Part shown: positions 25,933 through 35,276 of the stretch, in pieces | How the letters are laid out: each line of letters starts with the position of its first letter | Position numbering within the stretch: the stretch's first letter is position 1 | From: a virus | IMG/VR virus record: IMGVR_UViG_2829814883_000001 | Span: 1 to 54,164 of that record | Direction: 5' to 3' (one strand) | DNA length: 54,164 nucleotides | The notes under the pieces: generated by a model | What the model was told of the DNA's origin: nothing | Seen by the model: only the letters and a program-made list of their open reading frames with translations | Databases searched by the model: none | Position numbers and translations under genes: made by a program

Positions 25933-26943
25933 TCAGGTCAGGGTCAGCTTGCGCAGAACCTTCGGGTTGGTGCAGAGCGAGATCGCGTTCATCTGCACCT
26001 GCAGATGCCGGCCCTTGCCGTCGGCGCGCGGCCATTGCTTGGCGTAGTACGGCAAGCCCAGGGTGTTGACGGTCTCCTCGTAATCCGCCGGGGCGAACCG
26101 GGTGAGGAAGAGGTCGGGAACGCCGAGCGGCACCACGCGCGCCTCGTCGGCGGCGATGTAGGGAGCCCCGAGATTGGCGGTGGCCTTCGCGCCCGTGCGG
26201 TAGCGCTCCCAGGTCGCCCCGCCGAACTCGAACTTGTCCGGCACGTCCTGGCGCAGGATTCCGGCGCCGGAGCCGTAGAGGAAGGTCTCGCGCACGGCCT
26301 TGTGCTGCCACAGGGCCTTGTGAAAGTCGCGCCCGGTGAAGACATGCAGGCCGCTGTAGGGCTCGTCGAGAGCGTCCTCGATCGAATAGACCACGTCCTG
26401 AAAGATATTGCCGACCTTGGTCGCCTCGTCATCGAGTTCGAGCGAGACGGCCGGCGGAACGGCGATGCCGAAGCGCGAATAGAGGTCGTGCAACACCGTG
26501 CCGGATTTCGAGGTCACGATGCCCTTGATCGCGCCCACACGCTGATGCTCCAGCGTCATGGTCAGATCGGCCGCGTGACGCTGCGCCTTGCGCTCGACGC
26601 GCTCGATCAGGGTCTCAAGGCGATCTTCCGAGCCGAAGGCGCGCACGTTCTGAACCTCGTCGGCCAGAACCGAGTCGTCGCGCTGGTAGTGATCGACCTC
26701 GAACGGGATCCGGTTGCGCTTCTCGTCGTCGGCGGTCTCGCCGGGGCCGCCGCGCTCGGTCGGCTCGACGAGGGCCAGCTTGCCCTCGCGCAGCTCGATC
26801 GACACGATCGTGGTGGTCACGCCGTCCTCGTCGAAGATGCCGGTCGCGGACACCTGACCGGGACGATACGGCTCCCGGTTGACCGCCGCCGTCAGGCTCT
26901 CGAGAGAGAAGCCATCGGCGCTCCAAATATCTGCTCCTGCCAT
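25933..26943 (-). CDS. Major capsid protein, lambda gpE family
   Basis: 336 aa following a gpD-like decoration gene and a protease, i.e. lambda head gene order. The sequence resembles the Phage_cap_E family. Confidence 0.8.
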   Translation of the reverse strand: MAGADIWSADGFSLESLTAAVNREPYRPGQVSATGIFDEDGVTTTIVSIELREGKLALVEPTERGGPGETADDEKRNRIPFEVDHYQRDDSVLADEVQNVRAFGSEDRLETLIERVERKAQRHAADLTMTLEHQRVGAIKGIVTSKSGTVLHDLYSRFGIAVPPAVSLELDDEATKVGNIFQDVVYSIEDALDEPYSGLHVFTGRDFHKALWQHKAVRETFLYGSGAGILRQDVPDKFEFGGATWERYRTGAKATANLGAPYIAADEARVVPLGVPDLFLTRFAPADYEETVNTLGLPYYAKQWPRADGKGRHLQVQMNAISLCTNPKVLRKLTLT

Positions 26944-26956
26944 GGGATGGCTCTCC

Positions 26957-27349
26957 TTATCGGGCTTTGATGCCGACCGCGCGCAGCTGGGTCAGCTTCG
27001 TGTTGCGTTTCGTCGCGTTATCGACGGACGAGTGGACGACCAGCATCGAGGCCTTCACCTCGACGCCGCCGACCCCATCGACGATGACGCCCTTGGCATC
27101 CGCGCTGGTGGCGTCGACCTGGTAGCCGAGGATGGCGACGGCAGTTTCCGCGCCCTCCTTGCCGCTGACCTGCGCATGCGGCGAGGCGACGTATTTGCCG
27201 GACGCAGTGACCTTGCCGAGCACCGTGCCGGCCTCGAGGACGCCCTCGCCAGACGCGATGGTAACCACGTCGCGGGACACGGTGCCGTTCGGCTCGCTGA
27301 GAACGAAGGCGAGGTTCCGCGCCTTCTCGGTTTTCATATCCATTGCCAT
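26957..27349 (-). CDS. Head decoration protein (lambda gpD-like)
   Basis: 130 aa located between the protease and the capsid gene. G.VLG pattern (LEAGTVLGKVTASGKY). Confidence 0.65.
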   Translation of the reverse strand: MAMDMKTEKARNLAFVLSEPNGTVSRDVVTIASGEGVLEAGTVLGKVTASGKYVASPHAQVSGKEGAETAVAILGYQVDATSADAKGVIVDGVGGVEVKASMLVVHSSVDNATKRNTKLTQLRAVGIKAR

Positions 27350-27353
27350 GAAA

Positions 27354-28421
27354 TTAGGCTCCCTGCTTCACGGCCTTGCGGCGGTTGGCATAGACGTCGC
27401 TGGCGCTGAGTTTCGCCTGCGGCTTGCCCGACGCCGCGCCGCCCGGCGCGGCGAGGCCGGCCGAAGCGGTGCGCCGAGCCGCGTAGGCTTCCGGCGAGTC
27501 GCTAGGGCGTTGCGGCTCCTGCTCTTCGGAAGGAGCTGCGGCTGCGGTGGGCGCCACAGCGAGGGCGGCGATGGCAGCCTCGGCGGTCATCTCCGTCTCG
27601 TAAGCGAAATGCTCGGCGAGCTTCTCGCGACCTTTGGCGGCATCCGCCGTCATGATCGCCTTGATCCGGGCTTGGGCGGCTTTTGCGCCTTCGGCCTTGG
27701 CACCTTCAATTTCAGCGGAAGGTGCGGCCGCTGTCGTCTTGTCCGTCATCAAAGGTTCCCTTGGTTGACGTGGTTGGCGAGCGGTCGCGGCCGCCCGGGC
27801 GCTGGCCTCGGCAAGAGACCAGTTCTTGCGCTTCGACATCGCCGTGAGGCGCTGCGGAGCATTGGCGAAAACTCGGAAGTCGAAGGCGGCCACAGCCTTG
27901 GCCTTCGCGCTCTGGCTCTCGTCGGCATAGCCCTGCTCGACGGCCTCGTCGGCGGTAAGCCAGAGTTCGTCCTTCATGGCCTGGCGCACGTCCTCGACCG
28001 GGTTTCCAGAGCGCTCGGCGTAGATGGAAGCCATATTGGAGGCCATCTTCTCCAGGATCGAGCCGGTCTTTTCGTGGTCGTCAGCGGTTCCGTAAGTGAT
28101 CCCCGACGGGTCGTGGATCATCATCAGTGATCCGTCGAGCATGATGATCGTGTCGCCAGCCATGGCGATCAGCGAAGCCGACGAGGCGGCAATCGAATCC
28201 ACCTGCACGGTCACCTTACCCTTGTGGGCCGCCAGGGCGTTGTAGATGGCAACCCCGTCATCGACATAGCCGCCGCCTGAGTTGATGCGGACGGTGATGT
28301 CGTTGTCGCGACCGTGCTCGGCCAGGGCCTCCACAACCTCCTTGGCGGTGAAGCCCACGTCCCAGAAGTTTTCGCCGACGAACCCGTAGAGCACGAGCTC
28401 GCCGTTCTGCAGAACGGACAT
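27354..28421 (-). CDS. ClpP-type head maturation protease with a C-terminal scaffold-like Ala-rich tail
   Basis: ATG 28421 (MSVLQNGELVLYG...). INSGGGYVDDGVAIYNAL...IAASSASLIAMAGD is the ClpP/S14-like pattern. Confidence 0.8.
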   Translation of the reverse strand: MSVLQNGELVLYGFVGENFWDVGFTAKEVVEALAEHGRDNDITVRINSGGGYVDDGVAIYNALAAHKGKVTVQVDSIAASSASLIAMAGDTIIMLDGSLMMIHDPSGITYGTADDHEKTGSILEKMASNMASIYAERSGNPVEDVRQAMKDELWLTADEAVEQGYADESQSAKAKAVAAFDFRVFANAPQRLTAMSKRKNWSLAEASARAAATARQPRQPREPLMTDKTTAAAPSAEIEGAKAEGAKAAQARIKAIMTADAAKGREKLAEHFAYETEMTAEAAIAALAVAPTAAAAPSEEQEPQRPSDSPEAYAARRTASAGLAAPGGAASGKPQAKLSASDVYANRRKAVKQGA

Positions 28422-28432
28422 GGTTGGATTCC

Positions 28433-28684
28433 TCAGTAGGGCCGGAAGGCCATGCGTTTCGCAAAGCGTTTGCGCTTGGGCGTTGCGCCGGTTGAGACGG
28501 CACACTCCCGATCGTAGTGCTCGATCAAACGTTCGAGGCGGGCCGTATCCGCCTTATGGTAACGGATCTCCTCATCGCCGAAGCGCGCGGAGGCGACGCT
28601 ATCCCCCGTGGCAATCGCTGTGAGGATCTCGCGCAAGCGGCGGGCCTCGACGCAGGGATCGATGGGAACAGGTCCACCACTCAT
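28433..28684 (-). CDS. Head-tail joining protein gpW family
   Basis: 83 aa between portal and protease, as in lambda. The pattern (A.....L..A...L..G..V......G...V.Y...D...L) is gpW-like. Confidence 0.65.
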   Translation of the reverse strand: MSGGPVPIDPCVEARRLREILTAIATGDSVASARFGDEEIRYHKADTARLERLIEHYDRECAVSTGATPKRKRFAKRMAFRPY

Positions 28685-30357
28685 TTCTTCCTCGCTTTCG
28701 CCTTGGGCTCGGGCTCGGTCGAGCTGCCACCACCCCCACCGCGCACCCGCTCGAAGACGTTGGGCAGGTTCTTGGCCCTCAGCTTCTCGGCTTCACGGGC
28801 GCGCTGCTCGATCACGTCGTCGACGTCGAGACCATTCTCGGCACACTCGATCTCAAGCGTGGATGTGCCGTTGACCAAGCGCTCGCTCTGGGCCTCCGCC
28901 GACTTCTTGTCATCGGCCGTCGGCTTCGGCGGCCCCTGCCATTCCGCCCAGGTGAGTGCGTGGCGGTTGGCCAGGAAGGCGCGGTAGCCGCCCTTGAGTG
29001 GAATGCGCCCTTCCCCGATCTCCTCGTCGAGCCAACTCTCATAGACGGCTTGGTAGAACGGCGCCGCGATCCGTTTGCGCCGGCGCAGCACGATCGGCCA
29101 GATCGTCGCCCCCTCCATGCGAGTGCTCGAATAGGTCGCACCGTCATGGTCCATCGCGTAGGATGAATACGTGACGCCGATCGCGCGGGCAGTCTCCCGC
29201 TTCAAGTCGTTCGAGAAGGGCAGATAATCTGGCCCTGGAGCACCAGGTGTCAGCAGCTTCAATTCCTCGCCTGGAGCCAGGTGAGAGACTTGCGCCGCGC
29301 TGTCCAGAGACACTCGGCTTTCCTTGGCCTTGTCCAGTCGGGCCCCGAAGTAGTCCAGGAAATCGTTGGTGAGGTCCTCGTCCTCCAGCGCCGCAAGGGC
29401 CTCGAAGGCGTCGGCGCTCGGCTCCGGTGAAGTCAGGGTTGCGGCAAACACCGTCTGGAGGATGGCAGTTGCAACCGTCGCCTCGCGCAGCTGATGGTAG
29501 TTCGCCTGGGTGCGCAGGGCCGAAGCGATCACCGAGATGCCGCGCACATCCTCGGCATCCCAGGGATCGAAGGCATGCACCACCAGGGTGCGACCATCGG
29601 CATCGCGCGCACGGTAATCGCGCTTCACCTCGATCCCACTCTGCTTCTCCTTGAAGCGGTAGGCGATCGGGCGACCGTTGACGTCATGAATGACGCCAGA
29701 GTGCAGGCCAACGAACTCATCGGTGTCACGCACAAGACGGTGCGGAGAGGTCAGACACAGCTTCGTTCCGGACTGAATGCCGTAAGGGCGGCGCTGCTCC
29801 GGCGTGAAGAACGAAATCACGCCGACCGCCTCACCGAATCCGATCGAGTGGCGCAGCGCCACATCGACGAGCTGATCGAGCGTGAACTTGCCGCGCGCAT
29901 CGACCTCGTCAGGATTCTCCGCGTAGCGGCGCCACCGGTTCTTCACCAGCTTGATCCACTCGGCAGACTCTTCCTCCGAGTAACCCAGTTTCTTGAGATC
30001 CGGCGCCGGGCGCAGCTTGAGACCGTCGCCGACGGTGTCGGCCAGAACCTGATCGACAGCGCCTTTGAGGTGACCCGAGTTCTGAATGAAGTCCAGCGCG
30101 AGGGCGGAGATCCGCTCCCACATGCGCCGATTTTCGTCGCGGCTGTCGACAAGGCTCGCCTGTCGCATGGCCAAAACGCCGGTCGAGCTGTCGCGCAGCC
30201 ACCGGGCCGTCGCGCGGCGCGAAGGAGCGCCAGCGACGGGTGCCTTGACGACTTCCTTCGAAGGCCCCGCGGCTTGACCAACCCGCGTCGACGCAGACGC
30301 AGCTCGAGCGGCGGCTTTGGATCCGCTTTTCGCTCTGGTCTTGGTCGCCACGGTCAT
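28681..30357 (-). CDS. Portal protein, lambda family
   Basis: Downstream of terL. ATG 30357 forms an ATGA overlap with the terL stop. An alternative ATG lies at 30369. Confidence 0.85.
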   Translation of the reverse strand: MTVATKTRAKSGSKAAARAASASTRVGQAAGPSKEVVKAPVAGAPSRRATARWLRDSSTGVLAMRQASLVDSRDENRRMWERISALALDFIQNSGHLKGAVDQVLADTVGDGLKLRPAPDLKKLGYSEEESAEWIKLVKNRWRRYAENPDEVDARGKFTLDQLVDVALRHSIGFGEAVGVISFFTPEQRRPYGIQSGTKLCLTSPHRLVRDTDEFVGLHSGVIHDVNGRPIAYRFKEKQSGIEVKRDYRARDADGRTLVVHAFDPWDAEDVRGISVIASALRTQANYHQLREATVATAILQTVFAATLTSPEPSADAFEALAALEDEDLTNDFLDYFGARLDKAKESRVSLDSAAQVSHLAPGEELKLLTPGAPGPDYLPFSNDLKRETARAIGVTYSSYAMDHDGATYSSTRMEGATIWPIVLRRRKRIAAPFYQAVYESWLDEEIGEGRIPLKGGYRAFLANRHALTWAEWQGPPKPTADDKKSAEAQSERLVNGTSTLEIECAENGLDVDDVIEQRAREAEKLRAKNLPNVFERVRGGGGGSSTEPEPKAKARKK

Positions 30358-32465
30358 CGGTTCTTCCATGCGTTCCGGCGGGAAGTCCGATCTTCACGGG
30401 ACTTCCTCACCTTTGCGGGTTTCTCGAATGGGTCCTTAGTTGCCTTTGTCTCGCCCGCCTCGAACAGATCCGGCTCGGCGCACTGGCCATGCACCTGAAC
30501 AAGCAGGTCAGCCCAGCGGTCCGCGTTGAGCCGCCGCTTGTGCTCGAGGTGCCAGGCGAGCGCGTCGGCGTAAACGGTGGCGTCAAACCAGTCGTTCTTG
30601 CGCCCGACGATCTTCTTCCATTCCCGCTTCGCGTTGGCCTTGATCAGGCGCTTGCGCTGGTTGGAAGACTGGGCATCCTCGTCGGCATCGACCAGCCGTT
30701 CCGCCGTGAGCTCCTTGGCGAAGTCCTCGTCGACCAGATCCGCCGTCAGGTGGATCGTATTGCGGGGCCATGCTCCGGCGGCATCTGGCCCATCGACGAA
30801 ATTCGCCAGTCCGCCCGTGACCTCTGTTTTGACGTCGTAGAGACCGACCGGATAGAGCATGACCTTGGCGACCACGCGCTTGCGGGAATCCCTGATGTCC
30901 TTCTTCGTCGGCGTGCCGAGACGCGGCAGGCCGTGAGCATGGCGCCCGTCGAGGGCATAGACGTTCGGGCGGCTGGCGCAGAACCGATAGACACGGTCCG
31001 TGGCGAAGCCCGAGTCGACGCCGCCGAGATCGAACCCTTTCTCGTCAGCGCCGGCTGTCTGGTAGGTGCGCCCGATGGCGTCGGCGAGCTTGATCCAGGG
31101 CTCGTCGCTTTGATCCGGTGCCCCCTCGAAGATCTCGGCATCGATGAGCCAACGCTGACCCCGTGGGCCGATTGCATAAGCGAGCCATTTGATGCCGTAG
31201 CCCTGCACGTCGGCGGCCCAGACCAGCAATCCTGCCTCGGCCGGGATTCGCCCACGTGGATAGTGATGCTGGCGCGAGGCCTCGACGAGCTTTTCCCACT
31301 CGATGATGGCACCGCCAGGATCGTATGGCTCAGCCAGATCCTGCTGATAGAAAGTCCGCAGCTTCGTGGTGTCGCCCTGCGCGTCTTCCCATCGGTTCCA
31401 GATATCGACCCACTTCTCGCGCGGCGCATAAGCCGCCCAGAGGTGATAGCTCGGCTGCCAGTCGCGGCAGCGCCCTTCACAGGGAGGACAGATCCAGAGC
31501 CCGATCTCGGCCGCCGGAATGGTCTCCGGCACCGGTTCGGATCCCTCAGGAACGCGGGTGGCGATCCACTCCGCGCGGGCCATCATCTCGGGCTTGTGGC
31601 CGTCCCGGATGATACCGTCGCAGGACAGGCAGCGCATATGCACCGGCAATCCCTGCTCCGGATCGGCGGGCCGCAGCTGCTCGAACTTGAGCGGCTGAAA
31701 CACCGCGCAATGGGGACACGGCGCGTAGAGGTAGCGCCGGTCGCCGGCCTCGAAATCGGCTGTGATGACGCACTCGCCAGCAATGCCCGGGGTCGATCCC
31801 TGCCATTCCTTGGCCATATCGCCGTACATCTTCTGGCGCGCACGGGCCTGATCGCGCGGGCTGCCGCGGCCGTCGACATCCTTCGGGTAGCCGGTCACCT
31901 CGTCCATGGCGAGGTACTTGATCGACACCATCTGCAGACCCTTCGAGGAGCCCGCATTGACGATCTGGCAGAAGCCACCGGCATAACGTTTGAACGCCGA
32001 GGTCGAACCCTGCTCGTCACGGCTGTTGACCGGCAGAACCTTGTGGGCAATGCGCGGGCTGGCCTCGATGGTCGGCTGCAGCTTGACCCGGTTGAACTTG
32101 GTCGCCTCTTCCAGGGTCGGGAGCACAATCATCATCGAGCCGGGCGCCTGGTCGACGATGAAGCCGAACCAATTCTCGATCGCGGTCGACTTGCCGAGCT
32201 GCGCCGCCCAGCGGGCCGTGATCCTCCGGGCCGGATGGTCAGGGTGGAGGCAGTCCTGCGGCTCGCGCAGATAGGGAACGCGAGACGTGAGGAACGGGCC
32301 TGGCCACGGCGATCCCGATTCAGCCGACACCACGCGATAGCGGTCGGCCCATTCGCTGATGGTCAGGTCCTCGATCGGACGACTGGCCGCTTCAAGGCCA
32401 CGAAACAACACCTCCACGCCATCGGGCAGCAGCGGGAACTGCGTGCGCGCGTCGTGATAGGTCAT
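30354..32465 (-). CDS. terL: Terminase large subunit, lambda gpA family
   Basis: 703 aa. The N-terminus (ISEWA...R......S.......W......PYL.EP.D) and overall size are typical of the GpA family. Confidence 0.85.
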   Translation of the reverse strand: MTYHDARTQFPLLPDGVEVLFRGLEAASRPIEDLTISEWADRYRVVSAESGSPWPGPFLTSRVPYLREPQDCLHPDHPARRITARWAAQLGKSTAIENWFGFIVDQAPGSMMIVLPTLEEATKFNRVKLQPTIEASPRIAHKVLPVNSRDEQGSTSAFKRYAGGFCQIVNAGSSKGLQMVSIKYLAMDEVTGYPKDVDGRGSPRDQARARQKMYGDMAKEWQGSTPGIAGECVITADFEAGDRRYLYAPCPHCAVFQPLKFEQLRPADPEQGLPVHMRCLSCDGIIRDGHKPEMMARAEWIATRVPEGSEPVPETIPAAEIGLWICPPCEGRCRDWQPSYHLWAAYAPREKWVDIWNRWEDAQGDTTKLRTFYQQDLAEPYDPGGAIIEWEKLVEASRQHHYPRGRIPAEAGLLVWAADVQGYGIKWLAYAIGPRGQRWLIDAEIFEGAPDQSDEPWIKLADAIGRTYQTAGADEKGFDLGGVDSGFATDRVYRFCASRPNVYALDGRHAHGLPRLGTPTKKDIRDSRKRVVAKVMLYPVGLYDVKTEVTGGLANFVDGPDAAGAWPRNTIHLTADLVDEDFAKELTAERLVDADEDAQSSNQRKRLIKANAKREWKKIVGRKNDWFDATVYADALAWHLEHKRRLNADRWADLLVQVHGQCAEPDLFEAGETKATKDPFEKPAKVRKSREDRTSRRNAWKNR

Positions 32466-33094
32466 TGCAAGGGGCTCGCTTCTGACCGGTTAAGGGGTTC
32501 TCCCGCAGCTTCGGCCGCGTCACGATCACGCCGGATCGCATCGAGACGATCCAGGATCTCCCGGTTGAAGACCTCGAGTCCGCGCCGGGTAAAAGTCTTG
32601 AGGGCCAAACGAACCGTGCGCTCGTCCCAGCCGTATTTCATCGCGAGCGCCGCCGCCTCGGTCTCGACCGCACGCTCGAAGGCGCTCTGCATCAGGGCGA
32701 CCGCATCGCGCCCCGCCTGATCGACCTCGGCGACAACCGTCAGCTGCTTACGCCGCAGCGCCAGATCCATCTCGCGCAGCTCGGCGTCGGCATTCGCCTT
32801 ACGCGCCGCGCCGTTCGTCTGGGAGCCTGTGAACCGGGACGATCCGACATCCGCATATGCTCTCGCAGCCGCCGGCATTCGCGGCGCTGCCGGTCCAGTC
32901 CTGAGACGGATGTTCTCGGCGCGATGGGCGACGAGCCTCTCGAAGTCCACAAGGTTCGACTTGCCCTCTGCCCGCGTTGGCAGGGCTTCGGCATGTTGCT
33001 TGAGGTAGCGCGAGAGCGTCGAACGATCGACCGGATCACCGGCAGCGGTCAGCCTCGCCGCCGCCTCCGTGATCGAGATCCAATCCTCCGCCAT
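32462..33094 (-). CDS. terS: Terminase small subunit (HTH-containing)
   Basis: ATG 33094 (MAEDWISITEAAARL...) gives 210 aa. ATGA overlap with terL. The assignment rests on position and the N-terminal HTH. Confidence 0.55.
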   Translation of the reverse strand: MAEDWISITEAAARLTAAGDPVDRSTLSRYLKQHAEALPTRAEGKSNLVDFERLVAHRAENIRLRTGPAAPRMPAAARAYADVGSSRFTGSQTNGAARKANADAELREMDLALRRKQLTVVAEVDQAGRDAVALMQSAFERAVETEAAALAMKYGWDERTVRLALKTFTRRGLEVFNREILDRLDAIRRDRDAAEAAGEPLNRSEASPLQ

Positions 33095-33113
33095 CGTGCA
33101 ATGTCCCGTGCAA

Positions 33114-33144
33114 ATACACGTGCAATTCACGTGTATGCGTGTAT
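33114..33144. promoter_or_regulatory. 9-bp perfect inverted repeat ATACACGTG-N5-CACGTGTAT plus an adjacent GCGTGTAT, upstream of terS
   Basis: Read directly at 33114-33122, 33128-33136 and 33137-33144. It lies 20-50 nt upstream of the terS start. It may be an operator, a late promoter element or a cos-associated site. Confidence 0.4.
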
Positions 33145-33240
33145 CGGTTGCGCGCCGACCTACTGGCGAAACCCCGGGAGCTAATTGCCCGTGGGCTGGC
33201 CTGCGCTGGGATACGGTCCCTAGACCGGGGGGGGTGTGGG

Positions 33241-33822
33241 TCAGCGGGGCAGAAGCCTGCTGATCTCGTGCTGCACCCTGGGGAAGAGGTCGGTTTTGAT
33301 GACCGTCTCCCAGGCCGCCGCCGTCTCGTCCTTGAGCAGCTCTTCCGGGATGAAGAGGCCCGAGCGCTGCTTCTCGAAGCGATCCATTCCAGTCCCGGTC
33401 GTGCTGCCCGTGCGCAAGAAGACCTGCCCGTTCCAGTTCGGCTTATCGACGCGCTTCGGCCACCAACCGGCACGCATGAAGCTACCAGCCCAGACCTGAC
33501 GCTTGCCCCATGGGGCCGCGCTGACGCCCGCGCGGGTCTCCCGCGCCCTGAAATACTTGAGCGAGACGTTGCCGCCCCGCGTCTGGAGGGTGAAGTTCAG
33601 CGTTCCCCATTTCGGAGAGATGTCCTTCACCGCGCGGTCGATGGTCTTGCGCGGCAGGCCGGTCTGCTTCGTGAGCGCCCGGACGACCCGCGTCCGCGCC
33701 TTGCCCAGGGTGTGCTTACCGGCGCGGTAGAGCGCCCGTTCGGCCTTACCCTCGCCGAGGGCTTCCAGCTGATGGCCGAAGCGTCCCATGATCTGGTCAT
33801 GAGCCTTGAGCTCGATCCGCAT
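33241..33822 (-). CDS. Lambda gpZ-like minor tail/tail completion protein
   Basis: 193 aa with GGGAGG RBS. Overall resemblance to lambda Z: a central basic region, and a C-terminus with P.EL........L matched here by IPEELLKDE...VQHEISRLL. Confidence 0.45.
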   Translation of the reverse strand: MRIELKAHDQIMGRFGHQLEALGEGKAERALYRAGKHTLGKARTRVVRALTKQTGLPRKTIDRAVKDISPKWGTLNFTLQTRGGNVSLKYFRARETRAGVSAAPWGKRQVWAGSFMRAGWWPKRVDKPNWNGQVFLRTGSTTGTGMDRFEKQRSGLFIPEELLKDETAAAWETVIKTDLFPRVQHEISRLLPR

Positions 33823-33933
33823 CGAGACCTCCCCGCCGGAATGGAAGGCGGCGCCGGGAGCGCGGGCGAGAAGCGCCGCCGATGTCTCGCCGGTCGCTCA
33901 CATGGCCGCCTCCTGGGTGTGAGGGCATCAGGG

Positions 33934-33968
33934 CAAACAAAAACCCCGGCGCGCTTGTCGAGCCGGGG
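33934..33968 (-). terminator. Rho-independent terminator after the 34026-34946 gene
   Basis: The minus strand reads CCCCGGC TCGACAAGCGC GCCGGGG TTTTTGTTTG. Confidence 0.65.
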
Positions 33969-34025
33969 TTTGAAATCTTCACCTGATTTACCGTGAGTGA
34001 AACTGCCGCAAATTCCACCCGCGTG

Positions 34026-34946
34026 TCAAGCGGGTTTTGCGTCGATCCAGCGGCCGTTCAACAGGGTAAGCCAGGCGGCGGGCCGCGCCCCGCTCTTCAA
34101 AACCTTGCGCGCCAAGGCCCCGCCGTTCTCCCAGGGCCGCGCCGGGCGGGCGCTCGGCACGATCTCATGGGCCTCCAGAACGCCCTCCAGATCGATCGTG
34201 AGCAGGTCGAGGGCGTCGCACCAGACCTCGTATTCGGCCCGGGAGAGAATCGTCTCGGCCGGATCCGGGTCGAGATAGGTCTTGCGGTAGGCGTCCGGAT
34301 AGGGCCGCTGGCGCTTGGCGTTGTAGCCGTCGACCTCGACTTCCGTATAGGTCGGCATGATGCCCAGCTCCGGATCGCCCGGATCCGCCACCGCCCGCAC
34401 CCGGCGGAACCAGCGCGGCTTGCCGTTCGCCCCGGTCACGATCTTGATTTCGGGCTTCTCCCCTTCCCAGACGGGCGCGTCGTTCATCAGGGCATGGCGC
34501 ATGACGAGGCGGCTGATCGCGGTCTTGAAGCGGCGGTCGCCGTTCCCGTCGATATAGGTTTCGCGCTCCACCGCGCGCCGCACCGCCGCCTCCCCTTCCG
34601 CGCCGAGGTCTGGCCAGTCCGCAATCGGGTTCCAGTCGTCCGGCAGGTTGAGCGGAAAGCCGTCGAGGGCCTTGACCGCCTCGCCGACGCGGATCGCGTC
34701 CGGGTGAGGATCGCTCGCGGCGGTGAAATCGACCGCCAGGCCCCAGCGGTTCTCTCGCCCGTCATCGACCACGGCCAGGGTCTCACCGTAGCGCTCCACC
34801 CCGCCCCAGGCCCCGCCGAAGCCCGCAGGCAGGAAGCGCCCCGCCCCGGCCCGCTCCTTCGGCAGCTCGTCGCGATAGGCCCAGCGCAGCAGCTCCTCAA
34901 TGGCGATCTTCTTTTTGGTCGCTGGAGATTTGATGGCTGTGATCAT
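34026..34946 (-). CDS. Hypothetical protein (306 aa) between the replication and packaging modules
   Basis: Coherent ORF with high GC3. No family recognised. Its position is the one late regulators occupy in lambdoid phages. Confidence 0.6.
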   Translation of the reverse strand: MITAIKSPATKKKIAIEELLRWAYRDELPKERAGAGRFLPAGFGGAWGGVERYGETLAVVDDGRENRWGLAVDFTAASDPHPDAIRVGEAVKALDGFPLNLPDDWNPIADWPDLGAEGEAAVRRAVERETYIDGNGDRRFKTAISRLVMRHALMNDAPVWEGEKPEIKIVTGANGKPRWFRRVRAVADPGDPELGIMPTYTEVEVDGYNAKRQRPYPDAYRKTYLDPDPAETILSRAEYEVWCDALDLLTIDLEGVLEAHEIVPSARPARPWENGGALARKVLKSGARPAAWLTLLNGRWIDAKPA

Positions 34947-34962
34947 GATCTACCCCTCAAAA

Positions 34963-35255
34963 GATAGTTGGCGGTGGTTGGCGGTAGTTAGAAAAGAACT
35001 GTCGAATAGAAATAACGTTTATTCTTTCGTTGGTTAGAGAGTTATGGCGGCAGTGGCGGGGGTCTTCCCACGCACAGCAAGGAAAAAACATCGCCCCATT
35101 CTTCCCCCGCAACCCCGTTGATAATCACACGCGCCGCGAGAACCCCCGCCAACCGCCGCCTGTCTGCGCAACTCCTTGGTCCTGTTGCGCAATTCACCAG
35201 CGATAGTTCGCGGTGCACCACCGCCAAAGTGCCGCTACCACCGCCAGACTGGCGG
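34963..35255. repeat. Iteron-like GGCGG-containing repeats flanking a ~60-bp AT-rich block (putative replication origin)
   Basis: Tandem GTTGGCGGT at 34967-34975 and 34977-34985. GATAGTTGGCGGTG (34963-34976) is matched by GATAGTTCGCGGTG (35202-35215). Palindrome CCGCCAGACTGGCGG at 35241-35255. AT-rich stretch at about 34986-35045. Confidence 0.45.
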
Positions 35256-35276
35256 CGGTCAAAGGGTGGCTTTTCG

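Noticed and set aside
33797-34018. 73-aa minus-strand ORF between the gpZ-like gene and the 34026 gene
   Set aside because: It spans the intrinsic terminator and has poor codon bias, so it is most likely non-coding.
34007-34029. TTGACA hexamer on the minus strand overlapping the stop codon of 34026-34946, considered as a late promoter feeding the 33934-33968 terminator (lambda PR'-6S-like)
   Set aside because: No acceptable -10 hexamer lies 16-18 nt downstream (GCAGTT at the 17-nt position), so the promoter call is unsupported.
34963-35260. Possible CRISPR-like array, suggested by the short GGCGG-containing repeats
   Set aside because: The repeats are only 9-15 nt, irregularly spaced and in both orientations, and no cas genes are present. 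They fit iterons or operator sites better.
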